Assembly: GCA_006212015.1 (NCBI GenBank)
Contig: SDAY01000002.1
Location: 10,457 to 74,456, forward strand
Source of the DNA: Halothiobacillaceae bacterium
GTDB taxonomy: Bacteria > Pseudomonadota > Gammaproteobacteria > Halothiobacillales > Halothiobacillaceae
DNA: 64,000 bases
Direction of reading: 5' to 3'
In this document: positions 51,279 to 61,263 of the stretch, piece by piece
How the letters are laid out: each line of letters begins with the position of its first letter
Position numbering within the stretch: position 1 is the first letter of the stretch
Program-made: the position numbers and the translations under genes
The notes under the pieces: generated by a model
Told to the model about the DNA's origin: nothing
What the model saw: only the letters and a program-made list of their open reading frames with translations
Databases searched by the model: none

Positions 51279-52193
51279 TCAGGCTGCGGCCATCAGCGGA
51301 TGATGGTAGGCGATGGGCAATTCCGCGTCGTTCTGGAAGGTCACCTCCTCCCAGGCCTGCGAGTCGGCAAGCAGGGCGCGCAAGAGCGCATTGTTCAGCG
51401 CATGCCCCGTCTTGTGGCCGGTGAAGGCACCGATCAGGCTGTGTCCCAGCAGGTAGAGGTCGCCGATCGCATCGAGGATCTTGTGCTTGACGAACTCGTC
51501 GCCCAGACGCAGGCCATCCTCGTTGAGGATGTGCTCATCACCCACCACGATGGCATTGTCCAGACTGCCGCCCAGCGCAAGGTTGCGGGAACGCATCATC
51601 TCCAGGTCCCTCATGAAACCGAAGGTCCGCGCACGGCTGACTTCCTTGACGAAGGTCGTGGTCGAGAAATCGATCTCGGCTGTTTGCGCGGTCTCGTTCA
51701 GGACCGGGTGATTGAAGTCGATGGTCATGTTCACACGGAAGCCTTCGTGCGGATCGAAGCGGGCCCACTTGTCGCCATTGCGGACCTCGACCGGGCGCTT
51801 GATGCGGATGAAGCGCTTGGGGGCTTCCTGCTCCTCGATGCCGGCCGACTGGATCAGGAACACGAACGGGCTCGCGCTGCCGTCCATGATCGGGGCCTCC
51901 GGCCCGTCGAGATCGATGTGCACGTTGTCGATCCCAAGCCCTGCCAGCGCGGACATCAGATGCTCGACCGTGGAGATCTTGAAGCCCTCATGCACCAGGG
52001 TCGTGGAAAGGGTCGTCTCGCCGACATTCATGGGATGCCCCTGAATGCTGGCGTCCTCGCCGATATCGGTGCGGTGAAAGACGATCCCGGCATCCGGGGC
52101 GGCCGGACGCAAGGTGAGCATGACCCGCTCACCGGTATGCAGGCCGATCCCGCTGGCGCGGATGGTGTTTTTAAGCGTGCGCTGTCGAATCAA
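51279..52193 (-). CDS. lpxC: UDP-3-O-acyl-N-acetylglucosamine deacetylase
   Basis: A TTG at 52193 gives (M)[21 protein letters not shown], the canonical LpxC N-terminus, with HHP... at the C-terminus. The track ORF starts 15 codons earlier at 52238. Confidence 0.95.
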   Translation of the reverse strand: MIRQRTLKNTIRASGIGLHTGERVMLTLRPAAPDAGIVFHRTDIGEDASIQGHPMNVGETTLSTTLVHEGFKISTVEHLMSALAGLGIDNVHIDLDGPEAPIMDGSASPFVFLIQSAGIEEQEAPKRFIRIKRPVEVRNGDKWARFDPHEGFRVNMTIDFNHPVLNETAQTAEIDFSTTTFVKEVSRARTFGFMRDLEMMRSRNLALGGSLDNAIVVGDEHILNEDGLRLGDEFVKHKILDAIGDLYLLGHSLIGAFTGHKTGHALNNALLRALLADSQAWEEVTFQNDAELPIAYHHPLMAAA

Positions 52194-52242
52194 AGCTCTG
52201 TCCAGACCCGGTTCAATCGCGAGATTATGGCACAGCACGCCG

Positions 52243-54084
52243 TCATATTCCCGTCATCAGGTGGTTGAGCTGTTGCACAAAGGCCGCGCCGTCCTCGAGC
52301 TGCGCCCCCTCGGCAAGCATGGCCATGCCCAGCAGCACGCCCGACCAGTCCTTCATGCGCGCCTCATCGGTTTCCGCCTGCATGCGCCGCACCAGCGCGT
52401 GTCCGAGATTGACCTCAAGGATCGGAAGGGTCTCCGGCAAGGGCTGGCCGGCCTCCTTGTACAGGCGGCGCAGATGCTGCGGCAGGTCGTGCGCGCCGAT
52501 CACCACACAGGCGGGTGAATCGACCAGGCGGGTGGAGGCGCGCACCTCCTTGACCTTGCCTTCGAGCGCCGTTTCGATGCGCTTGAGCACATCCGCCTGC
52601 TCGGCATCCGGCTCCACGTTCTCGTCTTCCGGGCGCACATCCTCGCGGGTGATGTTGCGGATCGGCTTGCCATCGAACTCGGTCAGATGGGCAAGCACCC
52701 ACTCGTCGATCGCATCGGACAACAGCAACACCTCGGCGCCGCGGGCGCGGAAACCTTCCAGATGCGGGCTACGGCGGGCGGCGGCGTCGCTCTCCGCGGT
52801 CAGCACATAGATGGCGTCCTGCCCCTCCGGCATGCGTGCCACATATTCCGCCAGTGAAACGTCCTGACCCCTGCTGTCCTCGTGGGTCGAGGCAAAGCGC
52901 ATCAGGCGTGCGAGCGGGTCGCGATGGGTCACATCCTCGGTCAGGCCCTCCTTCAGCACCCGCCCGAACAGCGTCCACAACCTGGCATAGGCCTCAGGCT
53001 TGTCCCTGGCCTGCTCCTCCAGCAGGTTGAGCACGCGCTTGGTCAGGCCATTGCGGATCTGGTTGAGCACCTCGGAGGACTGCAAGATCTCGCGCGAGAC
53101 GTTGAGCGGCAGGTCGGCCGCATCCACCACCCCACGCACGAAACGCAGGTAACGCGGCAGCAGGCGCTCGGCATCGTCCATGATGAACACGCGGCGCACG
53201 TACAGCTTGACGCCCTGCTTGGCATCGCGATCCCACAGGTCGAAGGGCGCGCGACCGGGGATGTAGAGCAGGTTGGTGTATTCGGTGCGGCCTTCGACCC
53301 GGTTATGCGTCCAGGCCAGCGGGTCGTCCCAGTCGTGGAAGGCCTGCTTGTAGAAGCCGGTGTAATCCTCGTCCTTGAGTTCGTTGCGCGGGCGTGCCCA
53401 CAGCGCGGTCGCCTGGTTCACGCGCTCAAGCTCGTCGCCATCATCCTTCGGCATCATGATCGGGAAGGTGATGTGCTCGGAATAGCGGTGAACGATGTTG
53501 CGCAGGCGCCAGCCGTCGAGGAATTCGTCCTGGCCCTCCTTCATGTGCAGCACGACCTCGGTGCCGCGCGCGGGTCGCTCGACATTCTCCAGGGTGTAGG
53601 CGCCCGTGCCCTCGGAACTCCAGTGCACGCCATGTTCGGCGGACAAGCCGGCACGCCGGGTGAACACATCCACCTTGTCGGCGACGATGAAGGCGGAATA
53701 GAAGCCCACGCCAAACTGGCCGATCAGCTGGGTATCCCTCGCCTGGTCGCCCGACAGGCTGTCGAGGAAGTGCCGGGTGCCGCTTCGGGCGATGGTGCCG
53801 AGGTTGTCGACCACGTCCTGGCGCGACATGCCGACACCGTTGTCGCGCAAGGTCAGGGTGCGCGCGTCCTTGTCGACGGCGATTTCGATGCGAAGCTCGC
53901 TGTCGCCCTCATACAGGGCCGCATCGCCCAGGGCCTCGAACCGAAGTTTGTCACAGGCATCCGAGGCATTGGAAACCAGCTCGCGGAGGAAAATCTCCGG
54001 ATTGGAATACAGCGAATGGATCATGAGGTGCAGGAGTTGGCGCACCTCGGTCTGGAATTCAAGGGTTTCGCTTTGACGCTCCAC
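52243..54084 (-). CDS. htpG: molecular chaperone HtpG (Hsp90)
   Basis: 613 aa with [34 protein letters not shown] and [14 protein letters not shown] start lies 9 nt after AAGGAG. Confidence 0.95.
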   Translation of the reverse strand: MERQSETLEFQTEVRQLLHLMIHSLYSNPEIFLRELVSNASDACDKLRFEALGDAALYEGDSELRIEIAVDKDARTLTLRDNGVGMSRQDVVDNLGTIARSGTRHFLDSLSGDQARDTQLIGQFGVGFYSAFIVADKVDVFTRRAGLSAEHGVHWSSEGTGAYTLENVERPARGTEVVLHMKEGQDEFLDGWRLRNIVHRYSEHITFPIMMPKDDGDELERVNQATALWARPRNELKDEDYTGFYKQAFHDWDDPLAWTHNRVEGRTEYTNLLYIPGRAPFDLWDRDAKQGVKLYVRRVFIMDDAERLLPRYLRFVRGVVDAADLPLNVSREILQSSEVLNQIRNGLTKRVLNLLEEQARDKPEAYARLWTLFGRVLKEGLTEDVTHRDPLARLMRFASTHEDSRGQDVSLAEYVARMPEGQDAIYVLTAESDAAARRSPHLEGFRARGAEVLLLSDAIDEWVLAHLTEFDGKPIRNITREDVRPEDENVEPDAEQADVLKRIETALEGKVKEVRASTRLVDSPACVVIGAHDLPQHLRRLYKEAGQPLPETLPILEVNLGHALVRRMQAETDEARMKDWSGVLLGMAMLAEGAQLEDGAAFVQQLNHLMTGI

Positions 54085-54124
54085 GGTTCGACGCTCCTTT
54101 TAACAATGCGCGGGTGAATGGCGG

Positions 54125-54619
54125 TTAACAGACTGGGGACACTCGCCCCGATTTCAAGCCGCGCTCATGACCCAGAAGCCAACGCTTGCGCGACAAGCCA
54201 TCCACGCTCGATCCTCCATAGCCCCCCGGCCCGGAAGCGGAAACAACGCGATGACAGGGGATGAACAGGGGGATGGGATTGGCCCTCAGGGCCCCACCCA
54301 CGGCGCGCGGGGCCGTATCGAGCTGCTTCGCCAGGGTGCCGTAGGTCACCCGCTGGCCCTCCGTGACCGGGGACAGGGCCGACCATACCGAACGCTGGAA
54401 GGACGTGCCACCGGGGGCCAGGGGCGGCATGGGCGGGAGCGGCGTCCCCTTGAAATAGGCGGCAAGCCACGCGCACGCCTGATCCAGGCAGGCACTCTCG
54501 TCGCGTGAGTATCGGGCAGGAGGAGTCGCGATGAAATCAACGGATACCAGCGCCTCCGCCGCGCATTGCAGGCGAATCCAGCCGAGCGGGCTGTCCAGAC
54601 AGGCTGCTTGGCGGGACAT
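54125..54619 (-). CDS. ogt: methylated-DNA--protein-cysteine methyltransferase
   Basis: Active-site motif IPCHRVV and TYGTLAKQL. The start was re-set to the ATG at 54619. Confidence 0.85.
   Translation of the reverse strand: MSRQAACLDSPLGWIRLQCAAEALVSVDFIATPPARYSRDESACLDQACAWLAAYFKGTPLPPMPPLAPGGTSFQRSVWSALSPVTEGQRVTYGTLAKQLDTAPRAVGGALRANPIPLFIPCHRVVSASGPGGYGGSSVDGLSRKRWLLGHERGLKSGRVSPVC
54131..54158 (-). promoter_or_regulatory. sigma-32 (RpoH) heat-shock promoter for htpG
   Basis: Minus-sense CTTGAAA (54158-54152), a 13-nt spacer, then CCCCAGTC (54138-54131). This matches the E. coli sigma-32 consensus CTTGAA-N13-17-CCCCATNT. It lies inside the 3' end of ogt, 46 nt upstream of the htpG GTG. 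Confidence 0.6.
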
Positions 54620-54623
54620 GAGG

Positions 54624-54654
54624 CCCAAAACAAAAAAGGCCCCGAAGGGCCTTT
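54624..54654 (-). terminator. rho-independent terminator of the rpsP-rimM-trmD-rplS operon
   Basis: Minus-sense AAAGGCCC-UUCG-GGGCCUUU followed by UUUGUUUUGGG. The stem begins 4 nt after the rplS stop. Confidence 0.8.
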
Positions 54655-54657
54655 CTG

Positions 54658-55023
54658 TCAGCGTGCTGCGCGCGGAGCCAGCTTTTCCTTGATACGCGCG
54701 GACTTGCCGGTACGACCACGCAGGAAGTACAGCTTGGCACGACGCACGTCACCACGACGCTTGACCTCGATGGCCGCAACGTTCGGGCCGTACAGCGGGA
54801 ACACGCGCTCCACGCCTTCGCCATGGGAAATCTTGCGCACGGTGAACGCGGAGTTCAGGCCGCGGTTGCGCTTGGCAATCACCACGCCTTCGAAGGCCTG
54901 GAGGCGCTCGCGGTCGCCTTCCTTCACGCGCACGCTCACAATCACGGTGTCACCCGGCGCGAAATCCGGACGCTCGATGCCGGCCATCATTTCGGCTTCA
55001 AGCTGCTCAATCACATTGCTCAT
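54658..55023 (-). CDS. rplS: 50S ribosomal protein L19
   Basis: [13 protein letters not shown]...[13 protein letters not shown]...[14 protein letters not shown]. The start was re-set to the ATG at 55023. Confidence 0.95.
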   Translation of the reverse strand: MSNVIEQLEAEMMAGIERPDFAPGDTVIVSVRVKEGDRERLQAFEGVVIAKRNRGLNSAFTVRKISHGEGVERVFPLYGPNVAAIEVKRRGDVRRAKLYFLRGRTGKSARIKEKLAPRAAR

Positions 55024-55028
55024 GTTCA

Positions 55029-55814
55029 TTACCTCATCTTTGATTCGTCGTTTGCCGTCCGTTTGCTCGGCTCGGTTTCGCATGTCTCACGCGACTCCTC
55101 CAGCAAACGACGCTCACCTTCCGTCATACGCCTGACCGCGAGCAGCTCGGGCCGCCGCGTCCAGGTTCGCTCCAGCGCCTGCTTGAGGCGCCAGCGCTCG
55201 ATCTCTTTGTGGTGCCCCGAAAGCAGTGCTTCCGGAACGCCGCGCCCTTCGACCACTTCGGGGCGCGTGTAGTGCGGGCAATCCAGCAGGCCCGCCATGA
55301 ACGAGTCCTGCACGGCGGACTCCGCATGACCGAGGGCGCCGGGCAACTGGCGGATGACCGCATCGATCAGCGCCATCGCCGCCGGCTCGCCGCCGCTGAG
55401 GACAAAGTCCCCCAGCGAGAGTTCTTCATCCACGTCGGCCTCGAGCACCCGCTCGTCCATGCCTTCGTAGCGCCCGCACACCAGCACCATGCCAGGCAGC
55501 CGAGCCAGACGATTGACCTCGGCCTGATCGACCCGTCGCCCCTGCGGGGTCAGGGCGATCACCCGGCTGCCCGGCGGGGCCGCCTTGCGTGCCGCGTGGA
55601 TCGCGTCCCGCAATGGCGCCACCTTCATGAGCATGCCGGGGCCGCCGCCGAAGGGCCGGTCATCCACCGTGCGATGCCGGTCATGGGTGAAATCGCGAGG
55701 ATTCCACAACCCGAACCGGACCAAGCCAGCCTGACATGCCCGACGCGGTATCCCGTGCTCGGCAATCACCCGCACCAGCTCGGGGAACAGGGTGACGACA
55801 TCGATCTGCATCAT
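55029..55814 (-). CDS. trmD: tRNA (guanine37-N1)-methyltransferase
   Basis: [24 protein letters not shown] and [12 protein letters not shown]. The start at 55814 follows GAGGAA. Confidence 0.95.
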   Translation of the reverse strand: MMQIDVVTLFPELVRVIAEHGIPRRACQAGLVRFGLWNPRDFTHDRHRTVDDRPFGGGPGMLMKVAPLRDAIHAARKAAPPGSRVIALTPQGRRVDQAEVNRLARLPGMVLVCGRYEGMDERVLEADVDEELSLGDFVLSGGEPAAMALIDAVIRQLPGALGHAESAVQDSFMAGLLDCPHYTRPEVVEGRGVPEALLSGHHKEIERWRLKQALERTWTRRPELLAVRRMTEGERRLLEESRETCETEPSKRTANDESKMR

Positions 55815-55835
55815 CCGTTCCTCAAGCAAGCTTGA

Positions 55836-56345
55836 TCAGAATTCAGGATCCCAATCCACCGTGATCCGCCGCGCCTCCGGGTCAACCTCGAGCACGACCT
55901 GCTCGAAGATGTACGGCACCAGGCGCTCGCGCTCACCCTTGAGCACCATGACATCGTTGGCGCCCGTTTCGAGCATCTGCTCGACCTCGCCGAGCTCGAT
56001 GCCCTCGCGGGTCACGACCTGCATGCCGATCAGGTCGCGCCAGTAAAATTCGCCTTTCGGCAGACGTGGCAGCAGCTCCGGGGCAATGGCAATGTCCGCG
56101 CCGGCAAGTGCTTCCGCCTGATTGCGGTCGCTCACACCGTCCAGCTTGGCGATCAGACCCTTGCCCTGCACCTTGACCGACTTCACCCGGAAATCAGTCC
56201 AGCCATCCTTCAGCTTGAGCTGCCAAGTCTTGTAGCGACCGATGTCCATCATCGGCCGTGACTCGGAATGGATCTTCAACCATCCCTGTATGCCGAAAGC
56301 CGCGAGGACCTTGCCAAGAGAGACACGTTCCGCAGCTTGAGTCAT
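55836..56345 (-). CDS. rimM: 16S rRNA processing protein RimM
   Basis: 169 aa with GKVLAAFGIQGWLKI and a PRC barrel. Located between rpsP and trmD. Confidence 0.9.
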   Translation of the reverse strand: MTQAAERVSLGKVLAAFGIQGWLKIHSESRPMMDIGRYKTWQLKLKDGWTDFRVKSVKVQGKGLIAKLDGVSDRNQAEALAGADIAIAPELLPRLPKGEFYWRDLIGMQVVTREGIELGEVEQMLETGANDVMVLKGERERLVPYIFEQVVLEVDPEARRITVDWDPEF

Positions 56346-56382
56346 GCGTCAACGGCGCCTTGTTTCAAGGCGCCCCTCCGAC

Positions 56383-56643
56383 TCAGGCAGCGGCCTGGAC
56401 CTTGCCGAATTCCTTCCACAGGGAAGCGACGCGATCGCTCGGCTGCGCACCCTTGGCAAGCCAGGAGTTCATGCGCTCCGCGTCGATCTGAAGACGAACT
56501 TCCTGACCGCGAGCCACCGGATTGAAGAAACCAAGACGCTCGACGGAGGCGCCGCTGTCGCGGGCCTTGCGGCTGTCGGTCACGATGATGTGGTAGAAGG
56601 GGCGCTTCTTGGCGCCGCCACGAGCCAGACGGATGGATACCAT
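56383..56643 (-). CDS. rpsP: 30S ribosomal protein S16
   Basis: [25 protein letters not shown]. Confidence 0.95.
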   Translation of the reverse strand: MVSIRLARGGAKKRPFYHIIVTDSRKARDSGASVERLGFFNPVARGQEVRLQIDAERMNSWLAKGAQPSDRVASLWKEFGKVQAAA

Positions 56644-56766
56644 GCGATTCTGAAACCTTGTGTCAAAAGCCAGGACCGCGGAAACGGCCCATCAAAATAA
56701 AGCCCGGTATTTTAACCACCGGAAATAAAAAAGAAAGCTTTTTCGTACAAAAACCTTCAAGCGACC

Positions 56767-58119
56767 TTAAAACGGCATGCCCGGCATGCGTCCTTTCATG
56801 CCCCGCATGAGCTTGGCCATGCCGCCGCCGGACAGTTTTTTCATCATGTCACGCATGTCGGCATGCTGCTTGAGCAGCTTGTTGACATCCTGGACCTGCA
56901 TGCCGGCCCCCATGGCGATGCGACGCTTGCGCGATCCCTTGATCAGCTCCGGGTTGCGGCGCTCCTTCGGCGTCATGGACTGGATGAGGGCGATCATGCG
57001 CTTCACCTCCTTGTCATTGGCCTGCGACTTGACGTGATCCGGCAGCTTGCCGACGCCCGGCAGCTTGTCCAGCAGGCTCGCCATGCCGCCCATGTTGAGC
57101 ATCTGCTCAAGCTGGCTCCTGAGATCCTCCATGTTGAAGGCCTTGCCGGACTTGACCTTGTCGACCAAGGCCTGGGCCTGGGCCTGATCGACCTTCCTGG
57201 TGACTTCCTCGACCAGCGAGAGCACATCGCCCATGCCGAGGATGCGCGAGGCCACCCGTTCTGGATGGAAGGGCTCCAGCGCCGCGAGCTTCTCGCCCCG
57301 ACCGAGGAACTTGATCGGCTTGCCGGTCACCTGGCGCACGGACAGGGCCGCGCCGCCGCGCGCATCGCCGTCGGTCTTGGTCAGCACCACGCCGGTCAGC
57401 GGCAAGGCATCATTAAACGCCTTGGCGGTATTGGCGGCATCCTGACCGGTCATGCTGTCGACCACGAACAGGGTCTCGACCGGCTTGAGCGCGGCATGCA
57501 GACGCCGCACCTCGTCCATCATCGCCTCGTCGATGTGCAGGCGACCGGCGGTATCCACCAGCAGCACATCCATGTGACGGATACGCGCCTCGTGCAACGC
57601 CGCCTGGCCAATGGCGACCGGGTCCTGCCCCTGCTCGGAGGGGAAGAACTCCACCCCGACCTGCCCGGCCAGGGTCTCGAGCTGCTTGATCGCCGCCGGA
57701 CGATAGACGTCGCAGCTCACCACCATGACCTTCCTCTTCTGCTCCTTGAGCAGAAGCGCGAGCTTGCCCACCGTGGTGGTCTTGCCGGCGCCCTGCAGGC
57801 CCGCCATCAGCACCACGACGGGTGGCTGGGCGACAAGGTTCAGGCCCTCGTTGGCCTCGCCCATGATCGCCACCAGCTCGTCGTGGACGATCTTGATGAA
57901 GGCCTGGCCCGGCGTGAGGCTGCTCAGCACCTCCTGACCGACCGCGCGCTCCTTCACCCTGGCGACAAACTCGCGCACCACCGGCAGGGCGACATCGGCC
58001 TCCAGCAGCGCCATGCGCACCTCGCGCATCGCGTCCTGGATGTTCTCCTCGGTCAGGCGGCCCTGGCCGCGCATCTTGTCGAGCAGGCCGGACAGGCGTT
58101 GGGTCAGATTGTCGAACAT
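56767..58119 (-). CDS. ffh: signal recognition particle protein Ffh
   Basis: MFDNLTQRLSGLLDKMRG, GLQGAGKTTT, DTAGR and a Met-rich M domain. The start was re-set to the ATG at 58119 (GAGGG 7 nt upstream). Confidence 0.97.
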   Translation of the reverse strand: MFDNLTQRLSGLLDKMRGQGRLTEENIQDAMREVRMALLEADVALPVVREFVARVKERAVGQEVLSSLTPGQAFIKIVHDELVAIMGEANEGLNLVAQPPVVVLMAGLQGAGKTTTVGKLALLLKEQKRKVMVVSCDVYRPAAIKQLETLAGQVGVEFFPSEQGQDPVAIGQAALHEARIRHMDVLLVDTAGRLHIDEAMMDEVRRLHAALKPVETLFVVDSMTGQDAANTAKAFNDALPLTGVVLTKTDGDARGGAALSVRQVTGKPIKFLGRGEKLAALEPFHPERVASRILGMGDVLSLVEEVTRKVDQAQAQALVDKVKSGKAFNMEDLRSQLEQMLNMGGMASLLDKLPGVGKLPDHVKSQANDKEVKRMIALIQSMTPKERRNPELIKGSRKRRIAMGAGMQVQDVNKLLKQHADMRDMMKKLSGGGMAKLMRGMKGRMPGMPF

Positions 58120-58139
58120 GAACATGCCCTCAAAGCAGA

Positions 58140-58258
58140 AACCCGGACAAGCCGGGTTCTCATAATGTACGGCTGACTCCATCCATGGATTGCATCAGCT
58201 CGCTCAAGTCCGGTTCATGCCCGGACCTGGCTCCATGAACCGATTTCATCGGTTCATG
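58140..58258 (-). other. three stem-loops and a thrice-repeated CATGAACCG motif in the typA-ffh spacer
   Basis: CATGAACCGAT-TTC-ATCGGTTCATG (58234-58258, perfect 11 bp); GTCCGG-N7-CCGGAC (58208-58226); AACCCGG-N5-CCGGGTT (58140-58158). Confidence 0.6.
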
Positions 58259-58301
58259 TTGGGACATCCTGCCCCAAGCCGACGAGCACGGAAGATCGTT
58301 A

Positions 58302-60140
58302 TCACTCGCTGGAAGAAGGACGACCGAAGCGCTTGCGATCCTGCTCGGTGAGGTACTTCTTGCGAATGCGCACCGACTTCGGCGTGACCTCGACCAGTTC
58401 GTCGTCGTCGATGAACTCCAGCGACTGCTCCAGGGTGTAGCGAATCGGCGGCACCAGGGTGATCGCCTCGTCGGTGCCGGAGGCGCGCATGTTGGTCAGC
58501 TTCTTGCCCTTCAGCGCGTTGACCGTGAGGTCGTTGTCACGCGAGTGGATGCCGATGACCTGGCCTTCGTACACCTCTTCGCCATGGCCGATGAACATGC
58601 GGCCGCGCTCCTGCAGGCCGAAGATCGCGAAGCCCAGCGCCTTGCCGGTCTCGTTGGCGATCAGCACACCGTTGATGCGCTGGCCCACGGTGCCCGGACG
58701 GAAATCGCCGTAGTGGTCGAACACCGAGAACATCAGGCCGGTGCCCTGGGTGGAGGTCAGGAACTCGGTGCGGAAGCCGATCAGGCCGCGCGACGGGATG
58801 ATGTACTCCAGGCGCACGCGACCCTTGCCGTCCGGCTCCATGTTCTTCAGCTCGCCGCGACGGATGCCGAGCTTCTCCATGATGGTGCCCTGGTGCTGCT
58901 CCTCGATATCGACGACCAGCTGCTCGTAGGGCTCCTGCTTGACGCCGTCCACCTCGTGGATGATGACCTCGGGGCGACCGACGCCCATCTCGAAGCCTTC
59001 GCGACGCATGTTCTCGATCAGCACGGACAGGTGCAGTTCGCCCCGGCCGGAGACGCGGAATTTGTCCGCGTCAGGCATGTCTTCCACGCGCAGGGCCACG
59101 TTGTGCAGCAGTTCCTTGTGCAGGCGGTCGCGGATCTGGCGGCTGGTGACGAACTTGCCTTCCTTGCCGGCGAACGGCGAGGTGTTGACCTGGAAGGTCA
59201 TGCTCACGGTCGGCTCGTCCACGCTCAGCGGCGGCAGCATCTCGACGTTGTCCGGGTCGCAGACGGTGTCGGAGATGTACAGCGGGTCCAGGCCGGAGAA
59301 GGCGATGATGTCGCCCGCCTGCGCTTCCGGCACCTCGATGCGATCAAGACCGTGGAAACCCATCAGCTGCAGCATGCGGCCACTGCGGATGTTGCCGTCG
59401 CGGTCGATGACCTTGACCTGCGAGTTGGACTTGATCTTGCCGCGGGTGATCTTGCCCACGCCGATCACGCCCATGAAGGAGTTGTAGTCCAGGCTGGAGA
59501 TCTGCATCTGGAACGGGCCTTCCGGATCGACGTCCGGCGCGGCGACGTTCTTGATGATCGCCTCGTACAGCGGAGTCATGTCGCCTTCGCGCACATCGCT
59601 GTCCAGGCTCGCGTAGCCGTTCAGTGCGGAGGCGTAGACGATCGGGAAGTCGAGCTGCTCCTCGGTCGCGCCCAGGTTGTCGAACAGGTCGAACACCTGG
59701 TCGATGACCCAGCCGGGACGCGCGCCCGGACGGTCGATCTTGTTGATCACCACGATCGGCTTCAGGCCGTGCTGGAAGGCCTTCTGGGTCACGAAACGGG
59801 TCTGCGGCATCGGGCCACCGACGGCATCGACCAGCAGCAGCACGGAATCGACCATCGACAGCACGCGCTCCACCTCGCCGCCGAAGTCGGCGTGGCCCGG
59901 GGTGTCGACGATGTTGATGCGGTACTCCTCGCCCTGCGGGCTGGTCCAGCGAATCGCGGTGTTCTTCGCCAGGATGGTGATGCCGCGCTCTTTTTCGATC
60001 GCGTTGGAGTCCATGATGCGCTCGCCAAGCTGCTCGCGCTCGCCGAAGGTGCCGGACTGACGCAGGAGCTGGTCAACCAGCGTGGTCTTGCCATGGTCGA
60101 CGTGCGCGATGATGGCGATGTTGCGAAGATTCTGAATCAC
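58302..60140 (-). CDS. typA: translational GTPase TypA/BipA
   Basis: [38 protein letters not shown] and NKIDR; 612 aa. Confidence 0.95.
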   Translation of the reverse strand: MIQNLRNIAIIAHVDHGKTTLVDQLLRQSGTFGEREQLGERIMDSNAIEKERGITILAKNTAIRWTSPQGEEYRINIVDTPGHADFGGEVERVLSMVDSVLLLVDAVGGPMPQTRFVTQKAFQHGLKPIVVINKIDRPGARPGWVIDQVFDLFDNLGATEEQLDFPIVYASALNGYASLDSDVREGDMTPLYEAIIKNVAAPDVDPEGPFQMQISSLDYNSFMGVIGVGKITRGKIKSNSQVKVIDRDGNIRSGRMLQLMGFHGLDRIEVPEAQAGDIIAFSGLDPLYISDTVCDPDNVEMLPPLSVDEPTVSMTFQVNTSPFAGKEGKFVTSRQIRDRLHKELLHNVALRVEDMPDADKFRVSGRGELHLSVLIENMRREGFEMGVGRPEVIIHEVDGVKQEPYEQLVVDIEEQHQGTIMEKLGIRRGELKNMEPDGKGRVRLEYIIPSRGLIGFRTEFLTSTQGTGLMFSVFDHYGDFRPGTVGQRINGVLIANETGKALGFAIFGLQERGRMFIGHGEEVYEGQVIGIHSRDNDLTVNALKGKKLTNMRASGTDEAITLVPPIRYTLEQSLEFIDDDELVEVTPKSVRIRKKYLTEQDRKRFGRPSSSE

Positions 60141-60246
60141 AAGGAGTTCTCTGGAAAACGGGGAGGATTTTGCGTTAGGGGGCGCATTATACGGATTGCC
60201 GGTTAAAATGGCATTTCATTGAATTCATTGATGGGGTATCTGTTCC

Positions 60247-60630
60247 GTGAATCAACCCACTCCCTACGAAAAAATCGGTGGCGAAGAAGGCGTCCAGCGC
60301 CTCTGTCATCGCCTCTACGGCGTGATGCGCGACCTGCCTTCCGTGAAGCCGTTGCTGGACATCCACCGCGACCTGGAGGACAGCGAGCAGAAGCTGTTCG
60401 AATTCCTCTCCGGCTGGCTGGGCGGACCGCAGCTGTTCATGGAGCGCCACGGCCACCCGCGCCTGAAGATGCGCCACATGCAGGTCGCGGTCGACACCAG
60501 CATGCGGGATCAATGGATGCTGTGCATGCGTCACGCACTGGATGAAACGGTGACTGATCCGGCGTTCCGGGAAGAGCTTTACCAATCACTCTGGGGCGTG
60601 GCCGACCACATGCGCAACCGCCCCGAGTAG
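60247..60630 (+). CDS. group 2 (GlbO/YjbI-type) truncated haemoglobin
   Basis: 127 aa with YEKIGGEEGV...LFEFLSGWLGGPQLFMERHGHPRLKMRH and a proximal His context. GTG start. Confidence 0.8.
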   Translation: MNQPTPYEKIGGEEGVQRLCHRLYGVMRDLPSVKPLLDIHRDLEDSEQKLFEFLSGWLGGPQLFMERHGHPRLKMRHMQVAVDTSMRDQWMLCMRHALDETVTDPAFREELYQSLWGVADHMRNRPE

Positions 60631-60764
60631 GCACAGGCACGCCTTTCGCTGAGAAAACGCCATTCACCGGCCCAAAACATCGGGGTACAGGGAGGCCGTT
60701 TTTGGGGACACCGACCCAAAATCAGCACCCCCGATCCCTTTCCGGCCAAGGCAAGGCGAAACCC

Positions 60765-60805
60765 AAACAAAAACCCCGCCAAATCGTTGATCTGACGGGG
60801 TTTTC
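60765..60805 (-). terminator. rho-independent terminator downstream of tRNA-Ser
   Basis: Minus-sense AAAACCCCG-N17-CGGGGUUUU followed by UGUUUGGGUUU. Confidence 0.6.
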
Positions 60806-60813
60806 AAGGTGTT

Positions 60814-60904
60814 TGGCGGAGAGAGAGGGATTCGAACCCTCGACACCCTTTTGAGGTGTACTCCCTTAGCAGGGGAGCGCCTTCGGCCTCTCGGCCATCT
60901 CTCC
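60814..60904 (-). tRNA. tRNA-Ser (anticodon GCU), long variable arm, encoded CCA
   Basis: Minus-sense GGAGAGATGGCCGAGAGGCCGAAGGCGCTCCCCTGCTAAGGGAGTACACCTCAAAAGGGTGTCGAGGGTTCGAATCCCTCTCTCTCCGCCA. The anticodon loop is CU-GCU-AA and the T-loop is GGTTCGAATCC. Confidence 0.95.
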
Positions 60905-60965
60905 AATGAGGTGCGCATTCTAGCCGCTAGGATGCCCTTCAGGCAAGGGTTGGATAAGGAAAACC

Positions 60966-61166
60966 TTACTCCGCCTCGTCATCCACGATGGGTGCGCCAC
61001 CCTCTTCGCGCTTGATGCGCTGGTAGATCTCTTCGCGATGCACGGCGACATCCTTGGGCGCATCGATGCCGATGCGCACCTGGTTGCCCTTGACACCCAG
61101 AACGGTGATGGAAACATCGTCACCGATGCGCAGCACTTCGCCGATGCGGCGGGTCAAAATCAACAT
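60966..61166 (-). CDS. csrA: carbon storage regulator CsrA/RsmA
   Basis: [48 protein letters not shown]. Confidence 0.95.
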   Translation of the reverse strand: MLILTRRIGEVLRIGDDVSITVLGVKGNQVRIGIDAPKDVAVHREEIYQRIKREEGGAPIVDDEAE

Positions 61167-61235
61167 AATGGCTCTCCTTAGGCCGTCCAGTCTGCACTAA
61201 ACATAGCAGACCGAGTGGAGGTCGACGGCGGTTTG

Positions 61236-61263
61236 ATTAAAAATTGTCAGGCTGCTTTATCAA
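61236..61263 (-). promoter_or_regulatory. candidate sigma-70 promoter for csrA
   Basis: Minus-sense TTGATA (61263-61258), a 16-nt spacer, then TTTAAT (61241-36). The -35 element lies in the last codons of lysC. Confidence 0.4.

Noticed and set aside
56644-56766. AT-rich ffh-rpsP spacer with a TTTTTCGTACAAAAA quasi-palindrome as a special element
   Set aside because: The arms are A/T-only and the centre is not symmetric. An AT-rich UP-element-like region upstream of a ribosomal-protein operon is expected, and I could not define convincing -35/-10 hexamers.
58208-58258. Mini-ORFs MNR* and MEPGPGMNRT* on the minus sense of the typA-ffh spacer as leader peptides
   Set aside because: Neither has a ribosome-binding site, and the codon content gives no hint of an attenuation logic. 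They were kept only as a note within the hairpin finding.
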